Shown here: one piece after another, positions 49,300 to 58,037 of the stretch
How positions within the stretch are numbered: the first letter of the stretch is position 1
How the letters are laid out: each line of letters begins with the position of its first letter
From: Methylococcaceae bacterium
GTDB lineage: Bacteria > Pseudomonadota > Gammaproteobacteria > Methylococcales > Methylomonadaceae
DNA: 64,000 nucleotides
Assembly: GCA_947505105.1 (NCBI GenBank)
Contig: CANNKG010000003.1
Span: forward strand, 987-64,986
Direction of reading: 5' to 3'
Made by a program: the position numbers and the translations under genes
The notes under the pieces: generated by a model
What the model was told of the DNA's origin: nothing
Seen by the model: the letters and a program-made list of their open reading frames with translations, nothing else
Database searches by the model: none

Positions 49300-49747
49300 G
49301 TGGAAGTTATGGCGAAAAATTGTTTCAAACAATCCTTGCCAAGTCATTTGCATAGATAAGTCATGCTATGATAGCCCCATTCCAACTGAACAAACCACCC
49401 TGCTTGCCTGAATCACAAATTTTCGGCATTGAATACTTGAAGCTTTTTTTTTGTCACTTATACTTTAGATCATTAAAGTAAAAATGCTTATTACAGATAC
49501 ATTTTTATTTTAGAAATTTCATTCTACGAGTATGAAGTTTTTCCCTTATTAATGAGGTGGATAGAAATTTTTAGTTAGTCTAACCCTTAAGATTCAGGAA
49601 TTTACCCGAACAACTAAAACTTCTTTATCGCTCCTCCACTCTTAACCTTCCTGGAGGAAAAATGCTAGGCTTTAGTTGCCACAGTTACCTTCCTTGATAA
49701 AGAAATTACCCTTCATAATTATTTGCATTAATTCGAGCGATTTTTCA

Positions 49748-52363
49748 ATGAGAGCAAAAGCCGTTACAATTTTTACGTTAACCTTGCTAGTCATCATTAA
49801 CTTTAGTATTTGGGGTTATATTAATCATCCCTTGAAAATGCAATCATGGAACAAAACCATGATGGGGGTTACCTATAACCCTTTACGCAAAAATCAGGAT
49901 GAACAGGAACACCATATACCGACTGAAGCGGAAATCGATGAAGACATGGCGTTGTTGGCAGACAAGGTTTTTTCTGTCCGCACTTATAAAGCCACTGAAG
50001 GCGTTGAAAAAGTACCAGAGATTGCCGCGAAGTATAACCTGAACATGACGGTCGGCGCCTGGATCGGTAACGATATGGAACGTAACCGCCAAGAAATTGA
50101 AAGTCTAGTCAAAATAAGTCGCAGCGATAACCGTCGAATCTTACGTACCCTAGTCGGTAATGAGGTGTTACTACGGAACGATGTCCCCATTGCACAACTA
50201 ATAGAATATATTCGGGAAGTTAGAAAGCGCACTTGGCGCCCGGTCAGTACCTCTGAAACTTGGGACCAGTGGCTTGCGCATCCAGAGTTGGTTGCCGAAG
50301 TTGATTTTATTTCGGTGCATATCCTGCCGTTTTGGGAAGGTTTTGCGGTCGATGATGCCGTCAATTATGTTTTTGATCGTTACTATGCCTTGCAAACGGC
50401 TTATCCCGGCAAAGAAATTGTGATCACCGAAGTAGGCTGGCCATCAGATGGTCAACCATTCAAACAAGCAACTGCCTCATTAGCGAATCAAGCAAAATTT
50501 TTACGTCAATTCTTAAATCGGGCCAGTGCCGAAAAAATTACCTATTACGTGATTGAAGCTTTTGATCAACCCTGGAAACGTTCTTTAGAGGGTTCTGCGG
50601 GAGCCTATTGGGGAATTTTCAACGCCGATCGTCAACCCAAAGTGCCACTGGAAGGCGATGTCATGGCGATGCCTCAGTGGCGCAACTGGGCATCCGGCGC
50701 GGCAGTCCTCAGTATCGTTTTGATGACGGTATTTCTATTCACTCGTCGACGCTTAAAATTACCGGGTAAACTGTTTTTCGGTATCGTCGCTAACTTAGCC
50801 GCTTCCATGCTGTTCTGGTCGATGTCGATTGGTGCGCAACAATATCAAACCACGCTGACCATCGTGATGTGGATAACCTTGCTGCTCATGCAAGTGATGG
50901 CCGCAATGATCTTATTGATAGAAAGCTTGGAAATCGCCGAAGTCGTCTGGCATCGAAAAACCGAACGAACCTTCATGCCCTTGACGCCCAGCTCGAGTTT
51001 TAAGTATCCGAAAGTTTCATTACACCTGCCGATCCACAATGAACCGCCGGCAATGGTGCGTAGAACCCTGGAAGCTTTAGCAAAAGTCGATTATCCAAAT
51101 CTTGAAGTCTTGGTCATGGATAACAACACCAAAGATCCGGACGTCTGGATGCCAGTCAAGGAAGATTGCGAACGACTGGGGCCAATGTTTCGCTTCTTTC
51201 ATCTTGAAAACTGGCCCGGCTTCAAAGCAGGTGCGATCAATCATGCGCTCGAACAAACCGCACCGGATGCCGAAATTATTGCCGTGATTGACAGCGACTA
51301 CATACTGTCACCCGACTGGTTAAAGTGTATGGTGCCTTATTTCGATAATGAAAATGTCGGCTTTGTTCAATCTCCGCAAGATTATCGGGATCGCCACATC
51401 AGCACCTTTAAATCATTTTGTTATTGGGAATATGCCGGCTTCTTTAATATCGGCATGGTTCAACGAAATGAATACAACGCGATTATTCAACACGGCACCA
51501 TGACTATGGTCAGAAAATCGGCCTTTGACAAGGTCGGTAATTGGGCTGAATGGTGTATTTGCGAAGACAGCGAATTGGGTCTGCGTTTGTATGAAGCGGG
51601 TTACGATTCGGTCTATGTCAAAGATTCGTTTGGACAAGGCCTAATGCCGGATACTATGTCAGGCTACATGACCCAGCGTTATCGGTGGGTCTATGGCGCA
51701 ATGCAAATTATCAAAGGCCATTGGCGCAGCTTCCTGCCGACCAAAACCTCAACCCTCACCCCTGCCCAACGCTACTATTTTGTGGCGGGATGGTTACCAT
51801 GGTTTTCTGACGCCCTCGCCCTGCTGTTTACCTCAATGAGTTTGTTGTTAACCGGCTTGATTGCTTTCGACCCAATTCATACCGAATTGCCGATTAACGC
51901 ATTTTTATTGCCGACCATTGGTTTATTCAGCTTTAAAGTAATCCGCAGTTTATGGCTCTATCAAGTTCGCGTGCCATGCTCAATTGGGCAGTCGCTAGGC
52001 GCTTCTCTTTCAGGTTTGGCCTTGACGCACACCGTCGCTAAAGGCACGCTGCAAGGCTTATTTACCAAGGGCAAACCGTTTATGCGCACCCCAAAATATG
52101 AAAAACAAGGGCCATTTTTGGCAGGTTTAGCGATTATCTGGCAAGAAGTTTTATTATTGGTTTTATTAGGCTCCGGCATAGCGTTCATGTATTCACTCGA
52201 ACATTTCAACAACTTGAGCGGCCATCTGTGGATAGCGGTTTTAGCGGTACAATCGGTACCTTATCTCGCTTCACTGTTAGTCTTATTGATCAGTATTGCC
52301 CCGCATTATCTATCTGGTAATACCAACGTGGATGGCGAAGAAAATATTCCTGATAGCCCTTAA
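49748..52363 (+). CDS. Fused glycoside hydrolase family 17-like domain plus family 2 glycosyltransferase with multiple TM segments (NdvB-like beta-glucan synthase architecture)
   Basis: The N-terminal TM is followed by a GH17-like region (VGNEVLLR...ITEVGWPS). After further TM helices comes the GT2 core (VLVMDNNT, VIDSDY, QSPQ, QRYRWVYG) and a C-terminal TM bundle. I preferred the ATG at 49748 over the TTG at 49676. Confidence 0.8.
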   Translation: MRAKAVTIFTLTLLVIINFSIWGYINHPLKMQSWNKTMMGVTYNPLRKNQDEQEHHIPTEAEIDEDMALLADKVFSVRTYKATEGVEKVPEIAAKYNLNMTVGAWIGNDMERNRQEIESLVKISRSDNRRILRTLVGNEVLLRNDVPIAQLIEYIREVRKRTWRPVSTSETWDQWLAHPELVAEVDFISVHILPFWEGFAVDDAVNYVFDRYYALQTAYPGKEIVITEVGWPSDGQPFKQATASLANQAKFLRQFLNRASAEKITYYVIEAFDQPWKRSLEGSAGAYWGIFNADRQPKVPLEGDVMAMPQWRNWASGAAVLSIVLMTVFLFTRRRLKLPGKLFFGIVANLAASMLFWSMSIGAQQYQTTLTIVMWITLLLMQVMAAMILLIESLEIAEVVWHRKTERTFMPLTPSSSFKYPKVSLHLPIHNEPPAMVRRTLEALAKVDYPNLEVLVMDNNTKDPDVWMPVKEDCERLGPMFRFFHLENWPGFKAGAINHALEQTAPDAEIIAVIDSDYILSPDWLKCMVPYFDNENVGFVQSPQDYRDRHISTFKSFCYWEYAGFFNIGMVQRNEYNAIIQHGTMTMVRKSAFDKVGNWAEWCICEDSELGLRLYEAGYDSVYVKDSFGQGLMPDTMSGYMTQRYRWVYGAMQIIKGHWRSFLPTKTSTLTPAQRYYFVAGWLPWFSDALALLFTSMSLLLTGLIAFDPIHTELPINAFLLPTIGLFSFKVIRSLWLYQVRVPCSIGQSLGASLSGLALTHTVAKGTLQGLFTKGKPFMRTPKYEKQGPFLAGLAIIWQEVLLLVLLGSGIAFMYSLEHFNNLSGHLWIAVLAVQSVPYLASLLVLLISIAPHYLSGNTNVDGEENIPDSP

Positions 52364-52410
52364 CTTTAACTAACAGAGTACTTATATTTTTTTTCAAGGT
52401 AGGAAAATTT

Positions 52411-53295
52411 ATGACACAAAAGATTACTAAAGCAGTATTTCCGGTTGCCGGATTAGGAACCCGTTTTTTACCCGCGACCAAAGCCAGTCCCAAAGAAATG
52501 CTGCCGGTCGTAGACAAACCGCTGATTCAATATGCGGTTGAAGAAGCGGTTGCAGCAGGCATTGATACCATGGTGTTCATTACTGGACGCACCAAAAATT
52601 CAATTACCGACCATTTTGATAAAGCCTATGAACTGGAAACCGAACTCGAAGCGAAAGGCAAAGCTGAATTACTAAAACTTGCCCGTGATGTGGCCCCGTC
52701 CAATGTTTCGTTCGTGTTTATCCGTCAACCCCAAGCTTTAGGCCTAGGCCATGCGGTTCTATGTGCAAAACCGGTCGTCGGCGACGAACCTTTTGCGGTC
52801 ATTCTGGCAGATGATTTAATTGAAGATTCAACCCGTGGCTGTATGGCTCAAATGGTTGAATTGTACGCCAAACAAAATTGCTCTATCCTGGCGGTTGAAC
52901 GAGTTGCCCCCGAAGAAACCGACAAATACGGCATCGTGAAAACTGCCGATTTTACCGGCACTTTTGGTCGCGTAGAAGTTATCGTCGAAAAACCCAAACC
53001 CGATGTTGCCCCTTCTAATCTCGCCGTTGTGGGTCGTTACATACTGACGCCGGCAATCTTTAGTAAACTCGAAAAACTCGGCAAAGGTGCGGGTGGCGAA
53101 ATTCAATTAACCGACGGCATTGCAGATTTAATGCATGATGAGCAAGTATTAGCTTACGAATTTGAAGGACGGCGCTTTGATTGCGGTTCAAAACTTGGTT
53201 TTTTAATTGCTACAGTAGAATATGGTTTGCTGCATGCGGAACTTAAAGATGATTTTCTGATTTACCTCAAAGACCTTGCCCGCCAGTATCAATAA
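52411..53295 (+). CDS. galU: UTP-glucose-1-phosphate uridylyltransferase
   Basis: KAVFPVAGLGTRFLPATKASPKEMLPVVDKPLIQY is the canonical GalU N-terminus. Confidence 0.95.
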   Translation: MTQKITKAVFPVAGLGTRFLPATKASPKEMLPVVDKPLIQYAVEEAVAAGIDTMVFITGRTKNSITDHFDKAYELETELEAKGKAELLKLARDVAPSNVSFVFIRQPQALGLGHAVLCAKPVVGDEPFAVILADDLIEDSTRGCMAQMVELYAKQNCSILAVERVAPEETDKYGIVKTADFTGTFGRVEVIVEKPKPDVAPSNLAVVGRYILTPAIFSKLEKLGKGAGGEIQLTDGIADLMHDEQVLAYEFEGRRFDCGSKLGFLIATVEYGLLHAELKDDFLIYLKDLARQYQ

Positions 53296-53407
53296 ATCTT
53301 TTACTTAGGATCTTACTAATACCTTATGAGAAATTGCTTTGTGTTTGACATGACAGTTTTGTGGGTTCGGTATTCTTTAATTCTTTTTTCGGTTCCTAAA
53401 AACAGTT

Positions 53408-54559
53408 ATGTTAAACATTCAATTTATCGACACACCTGAGTTATTACATGCATTGTGTGAGCAGATAGCGACCGTTCCCTGGGTAGCACTCGATACCGAA
53501 TTCTTAAGAGAAAAAACCTATTATCCAAAATTCTGTTTACTCCAGATTGCGACCCTGGATTGGGTCGCCTGTGTCGACCCAATTGCCTTAACGAACCTGG
53601 ATGAACTATTGGAAGTTCTGTATCGGCCCACCCTATTAAAAGTCTTCCATTCGTGTCGGCAAGATCTTGAAATATTTTTCCAGCTCAAAGGTAGCGTACC
53701 TCAACCAATTTTCGATACCCAATTAGCGGCTCCATTAATGGGCTTTCAAGACAATACCGGTTACGCAATGCTGGTCTCCAGTTTTTTGAATATCAATCTG
53801 AATAAGGCCTATACGCGAACCGATTGGAGCGTCCGCCCATTAAGTGCCGAACAATTAAATTATGCCGCTGAAGATGTCATTTACCTGGGGCAGATCTATC
53901 AGAAAATGTCTAAAAAACTTACCGAATTGGGACGTTTAAACTGGTTAAAAGATGACTTTGAACATTTGGTTGATCCAGAGCTGTATCAATCCGATCCCGA
54001 AAACGCTTGGCTCAAAATTAGAGGCAAAAATAAACTAACCGGCAAACAATTATCCATTGTCCAAACCATCAGTATTTGGCGGGAACAAACTGCTCGACAC
54101 GAAAATCGTCCCCGAAATTGGTTGATGCGTGACGATATGATGATTGAACTCGCGAAATTACAACCGGATAGCCTTGAATCGCTCACCGCTATCCGTGGCA
54201 TGCCGGAAAAAATTGTCTATCGTTTTGGAAAAACCATTATTCAATTGGTAAATGAGGCCAAACAACGACCGCCCAAACCGCTAAATGAAAAAGATAAAGC
54301 CTTCAAAAAATCCCCCGAACAAGAATGCATTATGGATTTATTGGCTGCCATAGTGCGTTTGCGAGCCAATCAAAACCAACTCAATCCGAGCATTCTCGCA
54401 ACACGAAAAGACCTGGAGGATTTATTAAACGATCCACCCGAAGGCGCGTTATTGACTGGCTGGCGTAAAACCATGGTCGGTAACGAACTACTTGCCCTGT
54501 TAAAAAGCGAGTTAAATATTCAACTTAGTACTGAAAAAATTTCAATTTCGAAACCATAA
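53408..54559 (+). CDS. rnd: Ribonuclease D
   Basis: It has DEDD exonuclease motifs (ALDTEF, HSCRQDLE, YAAEDV) followed by an HRDC region. Confidence 0.88.
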   Translation: MLNIQFIDTPELLHALCEQIATVPWVALDTEFLREKTYYPKFCLLQIATLDWVACVDPIALTNLDELLEVLYRPTLLKVFHSCRQDLEIFFQLKGSVPQPIFDTQLAAPLMGFQDNTGYAMLVSSFLNINLNKAYTRTDWSVRPLSAEQLNYAAEDVIYLGQIYQKMSKKLTELGRLNWLKDDFEHLVDPELYQSDPENAWLKIRGKNKLTGKQLSIVQTISIWREQTARHENRPRNWLMRDDMMIELAKLQPDSLESLTAIRGMPEKIVYRFGKTIIQLVNEAKQRPPKPLNEKDKAFKKSPEQECIMDLLAAIVRLRANQNQLNPSILATRKDLEDLLNDPPEGALLTGWRKTMVGNELLALLKSELNIQLSTEKISISKP

Positions 54560-54628
54560 ATATTAATATATGTTTTTTATTTCCTCGCCCATTCCCATTA
54601 TTGGAAAGGCGCGGGAATAAACGGGATA

Positions 54629-56272
54629 TTAATTTCTCGTAGGTTTCAGACACGCCCTAAAAACATCCAAACTCGGTTGATAGCTAATGGTGTTGATGCT
54701 AAACAAACCAAGTAGCGAATGAAACAAATTATCATGCGAATAATGATCGTAGGTATCCTGTTTCAGACATGCCACATCAATATTAAATTGGTCCGATAAA
54801 CTCGGAGATAGCCACAGAATAAATGGAATATGGATTTGCTGATCCGGCGCCAAAAAATATGGCAAACCATGGAGATAAATACCATTCTCGCCCAACGATT
54901 CACCATGATCCGACATATACCACATAGCGGTATTGAATTTAGCATTATTGCGCCCCAAGAACTCTATCACTTTTGACAAGAAATAATCGGTATACAAAAT
55001 AGTATTGTCGTAGGCATTGGTAATTTGTTGCTGTGTGCAATCCTGTACCTGGCCGCTAGAACATTCCGGCGTAAAACGGGTAAAACGATTTGGATGCCGT
55101 TTATAATAGGCTGGGCCATGACTCCCCTTCTGATGCAGCACAATCAAAGCATTATCCTGAAGCTGATCAACATATTGCTGTAAATCATTCAGTAAAACTT
55201 CATCAAAACACTCTTCGGAGTTACACAATTCCTGAATTTGCAAATTCTCGGTCGACTCGTTTTCAATACGCGCACAGACGCCTTTGCAACCCGAGTTATT
55301 ATCTCGCCAAAATACTTTAATACCGGCACGCGTTAACACATCCAAGACGTTTTCGTAAGCTTTAGCCTTGGTATCGGAATATTGAGCTTTACCCAAATGC
55401 GAAAACATACAAGGCAATGATTCGGCGGTCGCCGTTCCGCACGAATAGGTATTATTGAAATTAATGACCGGCAATTGACTTAACTCAGGATTCGTTTCGC
55501 GCTGATAGCCATTCAGCGAAAAATTTTGAGCCCGCGCCGTTTCACCCACCACCAAAATCACCAGCGATTTTTTACCCGCAATGCCTTCAGGAAAACGCTG
55601 CTTGGCGTCGAGCCCAATTTGAGTGAGCGGAGGGGGAGGATTAATAACCCGACGAATATAGGAAGATAACGCAAAAATGGGATAGGTTGGATTGACAAAA
55701 AACCGAAGTTCACGATTATTACGCAAGGTCAAAGAAAAGTCCTTGTAATAACTAAAGACCACACCCCCCATAATTATTGCAGCTATGCCGATCATAAGAC
55801 CCCTACTCAACAACTCCCTGGGAAAAGTTTGGTAATGAACGGGACAAACATAGAGCAATACGGCAGGCAGCAAGCCAAAAATACCCACATGCCAAAAGAT
55901 CCCGAAATTAAGTAATTCAAATGCTTCTTTCCGATCAGTTTCAAGCACATTTTGAATCATTGCCGCATTGATAATCACGCCATAGTTATCCATAAAATAG
56001 CTGATGACGGCAGTCGTAATGATAATAATGCTCGCAAAAGGTTTAAACAGGGGCCGAAAACCGCCTAACGATAACAAAATCGTAAACAACGTATTCAAAC
56101 AAACAAACAGTGCAATCTTGAAACCCAACCCCAGCGTGGCGGTTTTATCGATCACCTGAAATGCCCGACTCAAGAAGGTTAAGTTATTGACACTGCTGAG
56201 AAACAACGCCAACAATATCGTTAACACAGAAATTTGATACGGGGGCCTTAGCCATTTTGAGAAACGAATCAT
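54629..56272 (-). CDS. eptA: Phosphoethanolamine-lipid A transferase (EptA/PmrC-like)
   Basis: It has five N-terminal TM helices and a sulfatase-type domain (LVVGETARA, MSDHGESLGENG). At 547 aa it matches E. coli EptA in length. Confidence 0.75.
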   Translation of the reverse strand: MIRFSKWLRPPYQISVLTILLALFLSSVNNLTFLSRAFQVIDKTATLGLGFKIALFVCLNTLFTILLSLGGFRPLFKPFASIIIITTAVISYFMDNYGVIINAAMIQNVLETDRKEAFELLNFGIFWHVGIFGLLPAVLLYVCPVHYQTFPRELLSRGLMIGIAAIIMGGVVFSYYKDFSLTLRNNRELRFFVNPTYPIFALSSYIRRVINPPPPLTQIGLDAKQRFPEGIAGKKSLVILVVGETARAQNFSLNGYQRETNPELSQLPVINFNNTYSCGTATAESLPCMFSHLGKAQYSDTKAKAYENVLDVLTRAGIKVFWRDNNSGCKGVCARIENESTENLQIQELCNSEECFDEVLLNDLQQYVDQLQDNALIVLHQKGSHGPAYYKRHPNRFTRFTPECSSGQVQDCTQQQITNAYDNTILYTDYFLSKVIEFLGRNNAKFNTAMWYMSDHGESLGENGIYLHGLPYFLAPDQQIHIPFILWLSPSLSDQFNIDVACLKQDTYDHYSHDNLFHSLLGLFSINTISYQPSLDVFRACLKPTRN

Positions 56273-56438
56273 GAGAGTTCTTCTGGAAAGAAAAAAGACT
56301 TAATAAGTAATATCTAACAACACTTCATGAGACTTGAGAAGCAGAGTAATTTTCTCTCCGTCACCAATGGCGGCATACTTCGTCAAGAACGGTATAAGAT
56401 GTCCACCATACAACTTATTTTGTTGTCAGTCGATCGGG

Positions 56439-57275
56439 TTAATTATCACTAATAAGCTCACTAATCGTCACGCATTCGGGTTCGGACAAACTAAATTCAA
56501 CAATCGCCAGATCTTCAAGCATGTGGATTTTATCCGTTGTACCGGTTAACGGCACAATGCCGATTTGATTTAAATAACGAAAAAAAATCTGCGCGACAGT
56601 CTTTTGATGCCTTTTAGCGAGTGTTTGTAGCTCAGGATGCTTAAGTACCTGCGGATTAGCTGTCAGTGTCCAAAAACTTTGATAGATGATCTGATTTTTC
56701 CGGCAAAATACGCGCAAATCTTGATCATAGTGGGTCGCTGCATAAAATCGATTTTGTAAAATCGACGGCTTGATTCTCGCTTGTTGCCATAAATATTCCA
56801 GTAATTCCAATTCATAGCAATTACTAATGCCCAGCAAATGTACGCAACCCGTATCACACAAGCTTTCCATACTCCGCCAGACCTCAAGAAGATCCCGACG
56901 ATCGTCAAGTGGCGAATGTAAAATCAGCGCATCGAGATAATCGGTCTGTAAATTGCGCAACGATTGCTCGAACGACTGCCTAACCTGTTCTTCTAATCTA
57001 GCATTGGGGTCGTAGGGAATTCGTAAGGGATCATGGCCATTGAATGGCGTATATTTTGTTTGCACATAAAGTTCACTGCGCGTAAGGCCTTGTGCCACAC
57101 TTGCTGCTAGTGCTTCGCCGACTCCGGCCTCATTATAATGCTTAGGCTGACAGGCGGTATCAATTCCGCGAAAACCGGCCGTTAGTGCATCAGTCACTAG
57201 CGTGGCGGTCCGTTCCTTTTTCCAAGCGGTACCGTATATGAGTGGAGGCATCTGAAAAGTATCGGTGGCAAGCAT
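56439..57275 (-). CDS. Aldo/keto reductase family oxidoreductase
   Basis: It has GTAWKKE..., GFRGIDTA and the overall AKR layout. I preferred the ATG at 57275, which has a GGAG RBS, over the TTG at 57287. Confidence 0.8.
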   Translation of the reverse strand: MLATDTFQMPPLIYGTAWKKERTATLVTDALTAGFRGIDTACQPKHYNEAGVGEALAASVAQGLTRSELYVQTKYTPFNGHDPLRIPYDPNARLEEQVRQSFEQSLRNLQTDYLDALILHSPLDDRRDLLEVWRSMESLCDTGCVHLLGISNCYELELLEYLWQQARIKPSILQNRFYAATHYDQDLRVFCRKNQIIYQSFWTLTANPQVLKHPELQTLAKRHQKTVAQIFFRYLNQIGIVPLTGTTDKIHMLEDLAIVEFSLSEPECVTISELISDN

Positions 57276-57550
57276 GGCAAACTCCAAAGTATTTTTTATA
57301 AATTACATAACAACAGGTTTTCAGTAGACGCTTCAAGCCAATTTCTGAACTCGGTTTGCAGATTTTTGGAAAATCGGTTCTTCAACGCTATCCGGCAAAC
57401 TATTTTGACCGCATTGATCAAGTGCATCAATGCTATATGATAAGGGGCGCTTCTACAAATAAAGGTCACCAACTATTGAGGAATTGACTTGGTTTTTCCA
57501 AAACCATCAAAATTTTGATGTCATCTATCGACACTAATTTTTGTTATCTA

Positions 57551-57863
57551 GGAGCCTGTCCGAGAAAAGCCTAGTCACCACTATCTGATGTGGCAACGCG
57601 GTGCCGAACGCGAACGAAGAAGACAAGCCGCCTTACGCGGCAATTCGCACAGACAAGCAGTTTAACAGCTTACTCCGACCGCCAGAAATCATGCCAGCGA
57701 ATCGGCCGACAGGCTCCGGTTTGCCCTGAAAGCGCCCAATTGAGCGCTGGGTCGCTGAAAATAGTCCAGATAGCTATTTCAACAGAAGATTGCTTTGATA
57801 TTGTGTATTCTACAATGACAACATTAGCTGAATTTTGTCAAAAATCTGAGTTTTCGGACAGGC
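57551..57863. other. Candidate structured RNA or MITE-like insertion closed by inverted repeats (function unknown)
   Basis: GCCTGTCCGAGAAAA (57554-57568) pairs with TTTTCGGACAGGC (57851-57863). An internal GACAGGCTCC (57708-57717) is complementary to GGAGCCTGTC (57551-57560). The core is GC-rich in AT-rich surroundings, and the only ORF is Arg-rich, starts with GTG and lacks an RBS. Confidence 0.35.
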
Positions 57864-58037
57864 ACTAATTAATAATTGTCAGTCGGTCATACGGTCTATT
57901 AGGTGACGATATTTTCCCGAAGACAGCACCAAAACAAAGACAAAAACCTAGCCTGCACAGTTACAGGTCGAGCATGATTTATGCCCGACCATGAAAACTA
58001 AACCGACACAAGTAGAATTGATTCTCCCTCATTTTTC

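Noticed and set aside
57590-57868. 92-aa ORF in the AKR/beta-propeller intergenic gap
   Set aside because: It has a GTG start and no RBS. Its translation is Arg/Ser/Thr-rich and low in complexity, and it coincides with the inverted-repeat element. I treat it as non-coding.
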